Source: Octopus sinensis (lineage: Eukaryota). From it: a DNA stretch of 34,077 nucleotides. A program made the position numbers and the translations under genes. The stretch is from the NCBI RefSeq assembly GCF_006345805.1, contig NW_021831882.1, forward strand, positions 1-34,077. The letters run 5' to 3'. Position 1 is the stretch's first letter. Each line of letters begins with the position of its first letter. The notes below the pieces were generated by a model that saw only the letters and a program-made list of their open reading frames with translations, had not been told where the DNA came from and made no database searches. This document shows positions 1 through 10,720 of the stretch, in pieces.

Positions 1-78
1 GTATGTATGTATGTATGTATGTATGTAATGCATGTATGTATGTATGTATATTATGTATGTATGTATGTATGTATGTAT
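1..78. repeat. (GTAT)n tetranucleotide microsatellite
   Basis: Direct tandem GTAT units with few interruptions. Confidence 0.97.
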
Positions 79-935
79 TGGTTTGTCCGGAAAGTTCGTG
101 GCCGATTGTAGTAGCTTACCTTCCAACATATTTTAGAACACGGTTGAGTCCATAAAATAGGATTTGACTACACCTCCATTTAGAGCACAGTGGAGGCGCA
201 ATGGCCCAGTGGTTAGGGCAGTGGACTCGCGGTCATAGGATTGCGGTTTCGATTCCCAGACCGGGCGTTGCGAGTGTTTATTGAGCAAAAACACCTAAAG
301 CTCCACGAGTCTCCAGCAGGGGATGGTGGTGATCCCTGCTGTACTCTTTCACCACAACTTTCTCTCACTCTTACTTCCCGTTTCTGTTGTACCTGTATTT
401 CAAAGGGCCGGCCTTGTCACTCTCTGTGTCACGCTGAATATCCCCGAGAACTACGTTAAGGGTACACGTGTCTGTGGAGTGCTCAGCCACTTACACGTTG
501 ATTTCACGAGCAGGCTGTTCCGTTGATTCGGATCAACCGGAACCCTCATCGTCGTAACCGACGGAGTGCTTCCCCATTTAGAGCACAGTTTAAGCTATCT
601 TTTCGTAGAAGAAGTTTTATGTTCCTATAACCTGTGTTAATTCTGTAACCCTTTAAAATGGAAGATAAGAAAGTTCCTTTTAGGCACTTGATGCTTTGGG
701 AACCCGACAAAAATTGCTGCAGCTCGGCTGGGATGTGTTACCCCACCCTCCATATGATGAGGTTATCTTCTTCCCCCCATCCGGTGGCACACATTCGACC
801 GAAGGGGTTTCGGGACATGCCGTCGCCGGCAATGCCCCGTTCTTCTTTTTTCCTTTTACGACGGGAGGGTAGAGTTCCTCTGACATCTCCGGAGGACACT
901 CCCTCCCCACCGCCGTCTCAGGATCCATCGGTGGG
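79..935 (-). mobile_element. Degenerate non-LTR retrotransposon ORF1-like remnant, interrupted by the SINE at 192-573
   Basis: GC-richer than its flanks. The minus-strand peptide ETAVGRECPPEMSEELYPPVVKGKKK resembles [24 protein letters not shown] in the zinc-knuckle element at 16673-17606. The TSD at 176-191/574-589 shows the SINE inserted into pre-existing sequence. Confidence 0.4.
192..573 (+). mobile_element. Full-length tRNA-derived SINE (family A) with 16 bp TSD
   Basis: tRNA-like head with box A (TGGCCCAGTGG) and box B (GGTTTCGATTCC). Body and tail are shared with the copies at 7811-8031 and 11611-11959. Perfect direct repeat CCATTTAGAGCACAGT at 176-191 and 574-589. Confidence 0.93.
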
Positions 936-974
936 TAACCATGTGTGGTACGTAAGCAAGCTACTTACCACACC

Positions 975-977
<3 letters not shown>
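936..977 (-). mobile_element. SINE family B head fragment
   Basis: AACCATGTGTGGTACGTAAGCAAGCTACTTACCACAC matches the reverse-strand head of the copies at 25361-25765 and 32381-32490. Confidence 0.75.
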
Positions 978-1063
<86 letters not shown>

Positions 1064-1082
1064 GTGTGTGTGTGTACATGTG
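978..1082. repeat. (CA)n(TA)n(GT)n compound microsatellite
   Basis: Direct inspection. Confidence 0.97.
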
Positions 1083-1159
1083 TGTGTCTGTTGGTTACGG
1101 TGATGAGCGTTTCAGTTGCTCCAATGAAGAACCAGCAAGTGTATTCGTTTGACGCTTCG

Positions 1160-1370
1160 GAAAATGAAAGTCTTTTATGTTTAGAGCCTACGCTCTTCAA
1201 CAGGAAAGAAATGACAAAAAAAATAAACAGAGTGAAAATGAAAAGACATTTCGAGCCTTGCTCTTCTTCAGAAATAGAGGTAAGTCCAAAGGAAGGGAAG
1301 ACGGAAAAAGAAAATCGCCAAAGATACACACGCGGTTACATTTTGAAATGACCGCCGGAAAGGAATAGAG
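1160..1370 (-). mobile_element. Penelope-like terminal-repeat fragments with two degenerate hammerhead motifs
   Basis: 1165-1205 is the reverse complement of the motif at 6716-6755, which is attached to a Penelope coding remnant. A second motif CTGAAGA-A-GAGC-AAG-GCTC-GAAA-TGTC lies at 1271-1245. Confidence 0.65.
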
Positions 1371-1883
1371 TCATCTCTCATCTTCTCTAGGCTAGAGCTA
1401 GCTGAACAAGGATACATATATAGTTATGCATATATATATATATATATATATACCGTATGTCCATGTGTACAATAAAATGGTAACCGTTTAGTAAATATAT
1501 CGTAGCTTTTGTCATGAGGCTAAAGTAAAAAAAAAAAAGAACAAAACAAAAAACAAACAAAACGCGTTGATTCAAAGTGCTGATAAGTAAGATTGTATCT
1601 GGAACCACGTGGTCAGGAAACGGACTTCTTCACCACACAGCAAGTCCTGAAACAGTATTTCTTCTTTCTATATAGCCTCGCGCACAAATATTTACTCAAT
1701 CCTTCTCCTTACATCCCTCTATCTACTCTTACTTTAACAACATCACATAAAAGAAGATATCCGGGTGTTTTCAAACAGAAATAAATAAAAGAATAAATAA
1801 AAACGGACAAAAAACGGGGGTAACTACATTGGAAAAAAAAACCCTGAAAAAAAGTGCAAAAGAGTCGAAAAGAAATTAAACGG

Positions 1884-1950
1884 GAGAGAGAGAGAGAGAG
1901 ACAGAGAGAGACAGAGAGAGAGAGAGACAGAGGAGAGAGAGAGAAAGAGA
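1884..1950. repeat. (GA)n/(GACA) purine-rich microsatellite
   Basis: Direct inspection. Confidence 0.92.
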
Positions 1951-2334
1951 AGGTATAAAGAATGGGGAACAAAATCCCTAAAAATATTGCTAATCGCAGC
2001 AATATGTATGACAACTATGGTGGCACGTTTTAACCGCCATATTATTATCATAGTTTCCTTACTATTGTCGCACTATAACGCCCACGCAAGACGTCTTATA
2101 CATACAAATCTACACACACAATCACACATACACACACGCATACACACACACACATATACACACATGCGAACAGATAGCCACACTACAGCACTGTACCAGG
2201 CAGTTATTTGCGTTTACACAGCCCTCATTAATAGTAAACCACACAGGTGTTTCCATTTTGCTTGTGTTATCTTAGCCACTTATTTCACCTATCGCTAAAA
2301 CTCATCTTCCGCAAACGTTTATAGGCCTCTTTTT

Positions 2335-2374
2335 GTTGTTGTTGTTGTTGTTGTTGTGGTTGTTGCTGTTGTTG
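2335..2374. repeat. (GTT)n microsatellite
   Basis: Direct inspection. Confidence 0.92.
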
Positions 2375-2422
2375 CTTCTCATTCGCTGGGTAGGAACAAC
2401 TATAAATATTTATGTATATTCA

Positions 2423-2644
2423 TGAATGTATGTGTGTACGTGTGTATACATTTACAAATATGTTACATACATAGTATGTAGTATGTATGTATATATATAC
2501 CACACACACACATATATATATATAATATATATATATATATATAATATATATATGTGTGTGTGTGTGATATGTGTGTGTATTTATATATACACATATACAT
2601 GTAAAACTATGTGCATACATATATTAACCATATACATAAATAGA

Positions 2645-2677
<33 letters not shown>

Positions 2678-2940
2678 CTATATATATATATATATATGTA
2701 TATGTATGTCTGTATATATACATACATAGATATATATATATGAACATATATATATATATATACATATATAAAAGCACATATATGTATTTAAGTGTGTCTA
2801 TATGTATACGTATGAATGTATTTGTATATGTTTATATGTTTGTATGTATGTGTGTGTGCGCTTGTGTTTGTGTAGGTGTGCGTAAGTATGTGTATGTGTG
2901 TATGTATACGTACATAAACGTACATTGTACGCACGTATGT
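2423..2940. repeat. Degenerate (TA)/(TG)/(CA) compound microsatellite field
   Basis: Alternating purine-pyrimidine repeats; source of several Y/I/V/C-rich spurious ORFs. Confidence 0.93.
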
Positions 2941-3082
2941 CATGCTCGCCGTCAGCATTATCTCCCAACACCCACGCAACGTCTCCATCCATGCTTATAA
3001 TGTTTCAAACTCCACAATCATGAACATTATGAGTTTCATCCCCATTATCATCGTCGCTGTTGTAATCACCGCCGCTGCCGCC

Positions 3083-3161
3083 CATCATCATCATCATCAT
3101 ATCATCATCATCATCATCATCATCATCATCTCATCATCATCATCATCATCATCATCATCAC
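3083..3161. repeat. (CAT)n microsatellite
   Basis: Direct inspection; one missing base shifts the poly-Ile reading to poly-Ser in ORF 2942-3493. Confidence 0.96.
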
Positions 3162-3679
3162 TATTGTTTCATTTTTCTTTATTCATTCCACCCCTTTCTT
3201 TCTCTCTCTCTCTCATTCATTCTGTTCGTTCAAAAATGCAAGTTTACTTTCTGTTTGCTTCTAAATTACTTCTAAAACTTATTTGCACACCGGAAATTAA
3301 CACAAACTTTCGTTCTTTTATTCTTGTATTCTTATATTCTTTTAATCTTTTAGTCTTTTACTGGTTTCAATCATTGGACTACGGTCTTGCCGGTGAACAG
3401 TCTCCTCAAGTTTTTTTCTTTTTTTTTTTGATTGATCATATCGATTCCACTACTTATTACAGAGAACCACTTATTACAGCCACCGCTAATTAATTTATTG
3501 AACATTTACGACACGAAGGGACCCAACTCAACACACCATTCTATACCAGAATATACACAGACACACGTACATATACACACGCAAATAGATGTAAATGTGT
3601 GTCTATGTGTGTATGTATGAATATATAAGGAATCTAACGCTCTTAGCTTAGTTTTTCCTTGGCGCTAGCCAGATTAGAG

Positions 3680-3851
3680 CAATCTCGAGTATAATCAACC
3701 GAAATTGCAAAGATAATCTGAAACTCGACTGAGGAAAGAAAACTCCGAATGGCCCGTCCTTGTTTTCTTTGTTTCGTCTATCCGGATGTTTTGTTGTCTC
3801 TTTTTTGTATCATTATTGCCTGGATGTTTTGCGTTCTTGTCCCATTTTGTA
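3680..3851 (+). mobile_element. Probable Penelope-like terminal-repeat fragment
   Basis: Degenerate CTGAGGA...CGAA motif followed by a T-rich tail ending in (TA)n, the same layout as the 6666-6843 terminal repeat. Weak. Confidence 0.35.
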
Positions 3852-3862
3852 TTATATATATA

Positions 3863-3895
<33 letters not shown>

Positions 3896-3912
3896 AATGT
3901 GTATGTGGTATG

Positions 3913-3943
<31 letters not shown>

Positions 3944-3980
3944 TGGTGTGTGTGGTGTGTGTGTGGTGTGTTTGTGTGTA
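3852..3980. repeat. (TA)n then (TG)n/(GTGTGTG)n microsatellite
   Basis: Direct inspection. Confidence 0.95.
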
Positions 3981-3984
3981 CACG

Positions 3985-4318
3985 GGGACATAGAAATAAT
4001 CGGACTGAATACCCGATCGCGTGTTTAAACCATTGGGAGTGAAGGACTCCTAGCCTTTGTTAGGGCATCCTTCTAGGAGAAGGTAACTCAAGTAACTGGG
4101 ATAACTCCGACATAAAACCTGTGGCTCAATGGTTACCGATGATGTTGACTTGTTCTTCTTTCGGATTATGGCTGCTGTTGCTTAGTGAGTGGGATTTGAA
4201 TCAGTTGCACAGCCTTTCTCACTTTAAAAAAAGATATTCTTGCACAGGCATTGCAGGATAACAACATTGATTAAGCTTCGTGCAATGGCCATACTCGATA
4301 ACGAGGGGGCAGCCACCA
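3985..4318 (+). mobile_element. Short RTE-related non-autonomous element (5' UTR-like)
   Basis: TCTAGGAGAAGGTAACTC...ATAAAACC resembles the recurrent RTE-clade 5' UTR motif (CTAGGAGAAGGAAAACTCTG...AAACC). Dense short helices; no ORF; flanked by microsatellites. Confidence 0.45.
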
Positions 4319-4360
4319 TATGTATGTATATATATATATATATATTATAATATATATATA

Positions 4361-4522
4361 TACGATGGGCTTCTTTCAGTTTCCGTCAGCCAAATCCATT
4401 CACAAGGCATTGGTCAGTCGGATACTATAGTAGAAGACACTTGCCCAAGGTGTCACACACCGGGACTGAACCTAGAACCGTATGGTTGGGAAGCAAGCTT
4501 CTTATCACACAACAACGCCTAT
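4361..4522 (-). mobile_element. SINE family B (tRNA head plus CORE-like domain), 5' half
   Basis: Reverse strand has box B-like GGTTCAGTCCC followed by CTTGGGCAAGTGTCTTCTACTATAG; homologous to 22341-22515 and 25590-25765. Confidence 0.88.
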
Positions 4523-4653
4523 ACATACATACATACATACATACATACATACATACATACATACATACATACATACTACATACCATACACACACACATAT
4601 ATATATATATATATATTTTCTTTTATTCGTATATATACATATGTGTATATAGA

Positions 4654-4698
<45 letters not shown>

Positions 4699-4752
4699 AC
4701 TATATATATATATATATACACATATATACACACCACACACACACACACATAT
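4523..4752. repeat. (CATA)n/(TA)n/(CA)n microsatellite
   Basis: Direct inspection. Confidence 0.95.
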
Positions 4753-5432
4753 TTTGATAGGTGCATCTCAGTTGTGTCGTGTTATCTCTTTTATTAATCG
4801 TATTTTGTGCAATACTTTCTGTATTTAGAACGGCAGAACGTAAGTTTCAGCGCTGTTTTTACAAGCTGGAGCGAACCCACAGGGGCCTGTTTGTTACTAC
4901 GTCTGTTAAGGATAGGGTAAGCCCGGCAAGAATGTATTTTGTCTCTATAATGGTTCCACCGTTAAATCTTCGAGCTTCCTCAACGTTTATCTGGAACTGC
5001 CGCATGATCAGAGTTTAAGGGTACTATGAACTGCTGGAGTAAGAAGCACCACACGGAAGACTTTCTTTTTTCTGTATATGTGTGTGTGTGTGTGTTAGTG
5101 ACTCTGTGTTTGTCCTCCTAACATCGCTTGACAACCGATGCTAGGGGATGGCTACTGACATTAAGCTTAAGGATTATATAATGTACAAGTAGAAAGAAAG
5201 GATTAAAGAAAAATGGACTCATTATATTGAATGTTATCGATAATATCGAGTGGAAATAGGTGGTGCTGCAGTTCCGCTGTTCCTATACACGAACCGCCAT
5301 TGCACAAGCCGATCTCTCCCGATCACTTCGATTCCTAGACTTTCATAGCAATAAGGACTTCTGGCGAAATATTTCTTCTTAAATAGAATTTCTCTTCAAC
5401 GTTAGGAAATACTTCTACCATCAACTGCTTAC

Positions 5433-5477
5433 CCTATGCAAAGCTCTGGTAACTCTAATTCTAGGACAGTACTGCTG
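5433..5477 (-). other. Candidate 45-nt cassette exon
   Basis: Minus strand: TTGTTTCACATTTCAG|CAGCAG...GCATAGG|GTAAGC; open as QQYCPRIRVTRALHR (phase 0) or SSTVLELELPELCI (phase 2). No homology recognised. Confidence 0.2.
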
Positions 5478-5785
5478 CTGAAATGTGAAACAATTAAACC
5501 GAATATCCAGCATTGGGAAAAACCGCTCAACTGATTACAGCCAGTCACAAACATATTTCGACCTCTGACGTTCAGACAGTATGTCTCCTCTTTCTTTCTT
5601 TTCATATTGTGTTAACACAAAGATATCACTTTTCATTTCCTACTAAGATCTCTATCAAATCGATACATCATCAACTCAAAGTTACGCTAACTGTTTAGTT
5701 AAATGACCAAGACTGTTAGCTTAACGTTATATCAAAAAGGGATGCTATGGACAGAATCTTCCTTGTATATTAGACTCATGGTAAA

Positions 5786-5995
5786 AGGCGGCGAGGTGGT
5801 AGAATCGTTAGTGCAGCGGACTAAATGGTTCATGTTTTGAGTTCAAATTCCACCGACGGCGACTTTGCCTTTCATCCTTTCAGAGGCGATAAAATAAGGT
5901 GAGCACTGTGGTCGATGTAATCGGTTCACCCCTCCTTAAGGTGGTGCTCCAGCATGACCGCAGTCAAATGACTGAAGCAAAAGAATAAAAGAATA
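5786..5995 (+). mobile_element. Chimeric SINE: family C head and core with family B tail
   Basis: GGCGGCGAG head, GAGTTCAAATTCC box B and GACTTTGCCTTTCATCCTTT core, then GGTGCTCCAGCATGACCGCAGTCAAATGACTGAA, which is the tail seen reversed at 25361-25405. Confidence 0.85.
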
Positions 5996-6015
5996 TCTAT
6001 TATATATACTCGTGA

Positions 6016-6059
<44 letters not shown>

Positions 6060-6101
6060 TCATATATATACACGCAGATATACACACACGCACGCATATA
6101 T

Positions 6102-6622
6102 CTAGCAAGCAAAATCTGCACTATTGTCTCAAACGCTGAAACTCGTAATAAAAGACTTCAGGAGCTAAAATAAGTACTACTTAAAAGACAATATCCATTA
6201 ATGCTAATAGACAACGGAATAGAACGTGCCAAAGCAATAAATATCAAAGAACTACAAAACATAAAAAAAAAACGCTCCAGTCACATCTGATACTCTACCT
6301 TTTATTACAACACACAACCCATTGAAACACAGAGGTTTACAATATTACCCACCTACAAAAATTTCTACGACCAGTCATGTAGCTACCCTCTGCTAATCAA
6401 ATCCTATTCAAAACATACTAATTTGATCCATGAACTCCCTATAAAAATAGGGCAAGCTTCAAATACAAGTCAGAAGCAAGACAGCTGCGACATAAGCCAC
6501 TTTTTATTTGAACTTTTTGAAAATCGGTGAACATTGTGAAACCGGTTAAAGCTTTAAATGTATTAATAAAAAATATTTTAACTATTGTCAGTGCATTTTC
6601 AACTTCTATTCCCCCCTCTCTC

Positions 6623-6665
<43 letters not shown>

Positions 6666-6839
6666 GATCGTTAGCCACTACACACATTTTTTCTCTCCTT
6701 GTTTTTTCTGTGTCCCTTTCTGTAGAAGAGCGTAGGCTCGAAATGTAAAAGACTTTTTCCATTCAAAAAGCGTTATACTAATATATCTGTTTGTTTTGTA
6801 CACCACCTGTCTTCGTCTTTTGTTTTTTTCGTAAACTCT

Positions 6840-6843
<4 letters not shown>
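6102..6843 (+). mobile_element. Penelope-like element remnant (post-RT coding region plus terminal repeat)
   Basis: Translates as LASKICTIVSNAETRNKRLQELK*VLLKRQYPLMLIDNGIERAKAI, then TLPFITTHNP after a frameshift, typical of the region between RT and GIY-YIG in Penelope ORFs. Terminal repeat 6666-6843 carries a hammerhead motif. Confidence 0.85.
6716..6751 (+). ncRNA. Minimal type I hammerhead ribozyme-like motif (A6U variant)
   Basis: Stem I CUUU/AAAG; core CUGUAGA; extra A; stem II GAGC/GCUC; GAAA; minimal stem III; GUA cleavage triplet at 6745-6747. Confidence 0.6.
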
Positions 6844-6887
<44 letters not shown>

Positions 6888-7019
6888 GACACACACACAC
6901 ATATATATATTACATATATGATGTGTGTATGTTTGCATGTATATGTACATTAATATTTGTACATACATTTGTGTGTGTGTGTGTGCACATATGTTTTTTC
7001 TCGAGTCCTACGACGTATA

Positions 7020-7237
7020 AAGCAGATTACCTGGGTTTAAGGGCAGCAATTTTGAAAAGAAGATCCAAGTGGATTAATTACGTCGACCCCAGCACTTGAC
7101 TGCTACTTTATTTTATCGACCCCGATGGAAAGAAACACAAAGGCGATAGATTTGAACTCTGGAGGCAAAGTACCCACAGACATTCCATTAAGCAGTTCAC
7201 GCGATGTGCTAACATTTCTGCCAGCTTGCCGCTTTAC
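7020..7237 (-). mobile_element. SINE family C, diverged
   Basis: Reverse complement of the GGCAAGCTGGCAGAAATGTTAGCAC head, box B and GGGGTCGATAAAATAAAGTAGCAGT core. Confidence 0.8.
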
Positions 7238-7810
7238 ATATATAAATACGTACGCGCATGCGTGCACGTCTCTTTACAAAGAGGTAATGAGAAAATAAGC
7301 AAGCAAAACGCAGTGGTAGTAGATAGAATGCGACCATGATAAAAACGAAACTCAGGAAGAACAGGAAAAGATAAAAAGCAAATATGCTTTTCAAGTTTCA
7401 TATAATAAAGAAATAGAAATAAAAAGATCTCACAGTTTCACTGTTAAAACATGTTTTGTCACCCTTCCTTGAAAATTTGTGTTTACATTCACCTGACAAA
7501 AATAACAAAGTTTCGAAAAGAAAAATGTCACCCTGTCCTGTCCTTGTCATTTTCATCAACATGTTGCTTTCTCCTTTAAGTAATTTGTTTGTTTTGCGGT
7601 GGATCTGGACGTTGTTGTTATTATTATTGTTTTTGATAATTTTTTTTCCATCCTATAATTCATTATTTTACGCGTTTCTGTGTGCGCCATTGTAATTGTT
7701 ACTGCTGCTGCTGTTGCTGATGTTGTACATCTACGTGTGTATGTGTGCAAGAGAGTGTGCGTGCGCGAGAAAGGGTGTTTGTGCGTGTATGCACACACAG
7801 AACTAAACTG

Positions 7811-8031
7811 GTACTCCGTCGGTTGCGACGACGAGGGTTCCAGTTGATCCAACCAACGAAACAGCCTGCTTTTGAAATTAACGTGCAAGTGGCTGAGTAC
7901 TCCACAGACACGCGTACCCTTAATGTAGCTCTCCGGGAGATTCAGTCTGACACAAAGTGTTACAAGGCTGAGCCATTGAAATACAGGTACTACTCATTTT
8001 TGCCAGCTGATTGGACTAGAGTAACGTGAAA
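7811..8031 (-). mobile_element. SINE family A, 3' portion with CORE-like piece
   Basis: Tail ACTCCGTCGGTT...GTTGATCC and body match 410-573; ACTCATTTTTGCCAGCTGA matches the CORE-like block at 13960-13985 and 23590-23610. Confidence 0.88.
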
Positions 8032-8068
8032 TATACACATACATACATAGAGATACATTACATATATA

Positions 8069-8195
8069 AATAAATAAATGGAGTTGAACGAAGATGTTAA
8101 TAAAATTCCTTTACTTTCGACATATGGTAACGGTTCATTGAATTCTCCATGTTAACGGTAAACATAGGATAATTCATTCACTCACCGAAATATAT
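8069..8195 (-). mobile_element. Internally deleted Penelope-like terminal repeat
   Basis: 8069-8126 matches 12742-12800 directly; 8132-8195 is the reverse complement of 12468-12530. Confidence 0.7.
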
Positions 8196-9321
8196 ATATG
8201 TATATATATATTTGTATATCATGTGTCACAGGGAATCGAAATCACGACTTTACGATTGTGAACCAAATACCTTAACCATAAGCCACACGCCTTCACCTAT
8301 ACGCAAAAAAATCCACTCGTCCACACACACAAACAGTAAGTTGGTAGGGATACGAGAGCAGAAGACAAAATACTTTGCAGTGTATGATCAAGCTGTCACA
8401 GCTTCCTTCAGCTCACAAGAATGACTAACTTCGCCAATTTATTTTCACAGGTCGACAAAATTAAATACCAGTTTTTGACGATGAATTGGCCGAAATATTA
8501 GAGCGACTGGCGATTAAATTGTAGTACTTCTCTATTCGGTTATCACGGGTGTTTGGTTTCAAAAATCAGTGTTAAACATATATTAAATGAATCACCGATG
8601 AATGAATAATAAAGTACATAGAGTAAAAGAGTTTCGTTCCGATGACCGTTAATTGTCCTGAGCATTGTGTATAGTAGCTGAGGTGGGCTTTTGCGGTCCA
8701 AGCAGAATCTTTGACTGATCGCCGAGCCGTATTTTAACAGATCAATTCATGCTAAGTGTAACAAGGTTCGCAATTGAGCGTATCATGTTACCTGGATCAG
8801 TGATCAATGAAGCAGTGATAAATGGATCAGTGACAAAACGGAGATAGACGTATTATTTGTTTCAATTCTTTACAGTTTGAGTTTCTTGGTGGGGCAGATT
8901 TAATCCGTCAGCCGGTTTAGCAGTCACCATCTACATCAGTGATTTCCAGCGTGGGAAAATTGTGGTGGATGTAAATCTCAAATATTGTTTTCTTTTTTCT
9001 TTTTAGTAGGACATGAAATCGTGAAAATATTTTTTATTCATAGTCAATAATGTATGGTACTTTTTGGTACTCAATACTTACTAACAGAAGATTATTTAGT
9101 ATAAAAATTTGTGACAAAATATGAAAACCACCGGTTGGGCAGACATTTTTCTTGAGAGTTTTAGTGAGGTCTGGGAGAAAATAGATTTGATCTTTATGGT
9201 CCTTGTATACCATTAGCGAGTCTACGTTATTACAAGTATTCAAATATCGTCTCAAGTTTCATTATAAGAGACCCCGGAAGTATATTTATAGAGCCGTAAT
9301 TAAACCGATAATTGCGTTCAT

Positions 9322-9978
<657 letters not shown>

Positions 9979-10394
9979 CTTAAAAATAGACTTAGCGGAA
10001 GCGACGACAAAGACCTTTCATAATTTCATAAACAGAATATATACAGCGATTTGGTAAAATCCCCAAATCTTTTCTTATACAACTCCCTCGTTATACTTTG
10101 TCAGTTAGCAGCTCCTTGTTTGGAACCTTTTAATTATAACTTAATGCATTTCAGAAACACCAGCAGAAATATACCGTTCGAACGAACACCAAGGCAATGA
10201 CAGCGCATGATACCCGGCACACTTACACGCAAGAGATGCGATAATCCTGAACTACTATTGAGTTATACCGAAGAACCGATGGAATGAGGCGGCGTTGTCC
10301 TTATCGAATCACCATAGATTGTTTTCGTGAAATTATCGGATTTCACTGCCGTCATTTTCAGTCATTTTATTTTCATTTTTTAAATCTCTAAACT

Positions 10395-10517
10395 GTGTAT
10401 ATGTTTTATGTATGTCAAGTATGTATGTTATGCTATGTATGTATGTATGTATGTATGTATGTATGTATGTATGTATGTATGTATGTATGTATGTATGTAT
10501 GTATGTATGTATATTTG

Positions 10518-10615
<98 letters not shown>

Positions 10616-10632
10616 TATATATATATTACATA
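10395..10632. repeat. (GTAT)n(TA)n microsatellite
   Basis: Direct inspection. Confidence 0.97.
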
Positions 10633-10700
10633 TGTAGGAAATTCTGTTTGTGGGTGTCTTTGTGGAGTTGTTAGCTAACTTCTCCTACATCTTTTTATAG

Positions 10701-10720
10701 ATTTCGAGGAAACTGGAGAC
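10701..10720 (+). other. Candidate 20-nt microexon
   Basis: Branch point CTAAC (10675-10679), pyrimidine tract TTCTCCTACATCTTTTTATAG, exon ATTTCGAGGAAACTGGAGAC and donor GTGAGT; lies in unique sequence. Confidence 0.4.

Noticed and set aside
192-270. tRNA-like sequences at SINE heads (also 20754, 25765, 32490 and others)
   Set aside because: They run into SINE bodies and lack a closed acceptor stem and normal terminator; not functional tRNA genes.
658-1152. 164 aa plus-strand ORF
   Set aside because: Runs antisense through a LINE-like relic, a SINE head (NHVWYVSKLLTT) and a (CA)n(TA)n repeat; not a gene.
2942-3493. 183 aa ORF with poly-His, poly-Ile and poly-Ser
   Set aside because: Homopolymers come from the (CAT)n tract read in shifting frames; the remainder is T-rich intron-like sequence.
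3725-3762. Hammerhead-like CTGAGGA...CGAATGGCCCGTC
   Set aside because: Stem I and stem II do not pair convincingly and GAAA is broken.
9200-9310. [23 protein letters not shown] resembling an IS630/Tc1 helix-turn-helix
   Set aside because: Single short motif with no TIR or DDE region nearby; could be chance.
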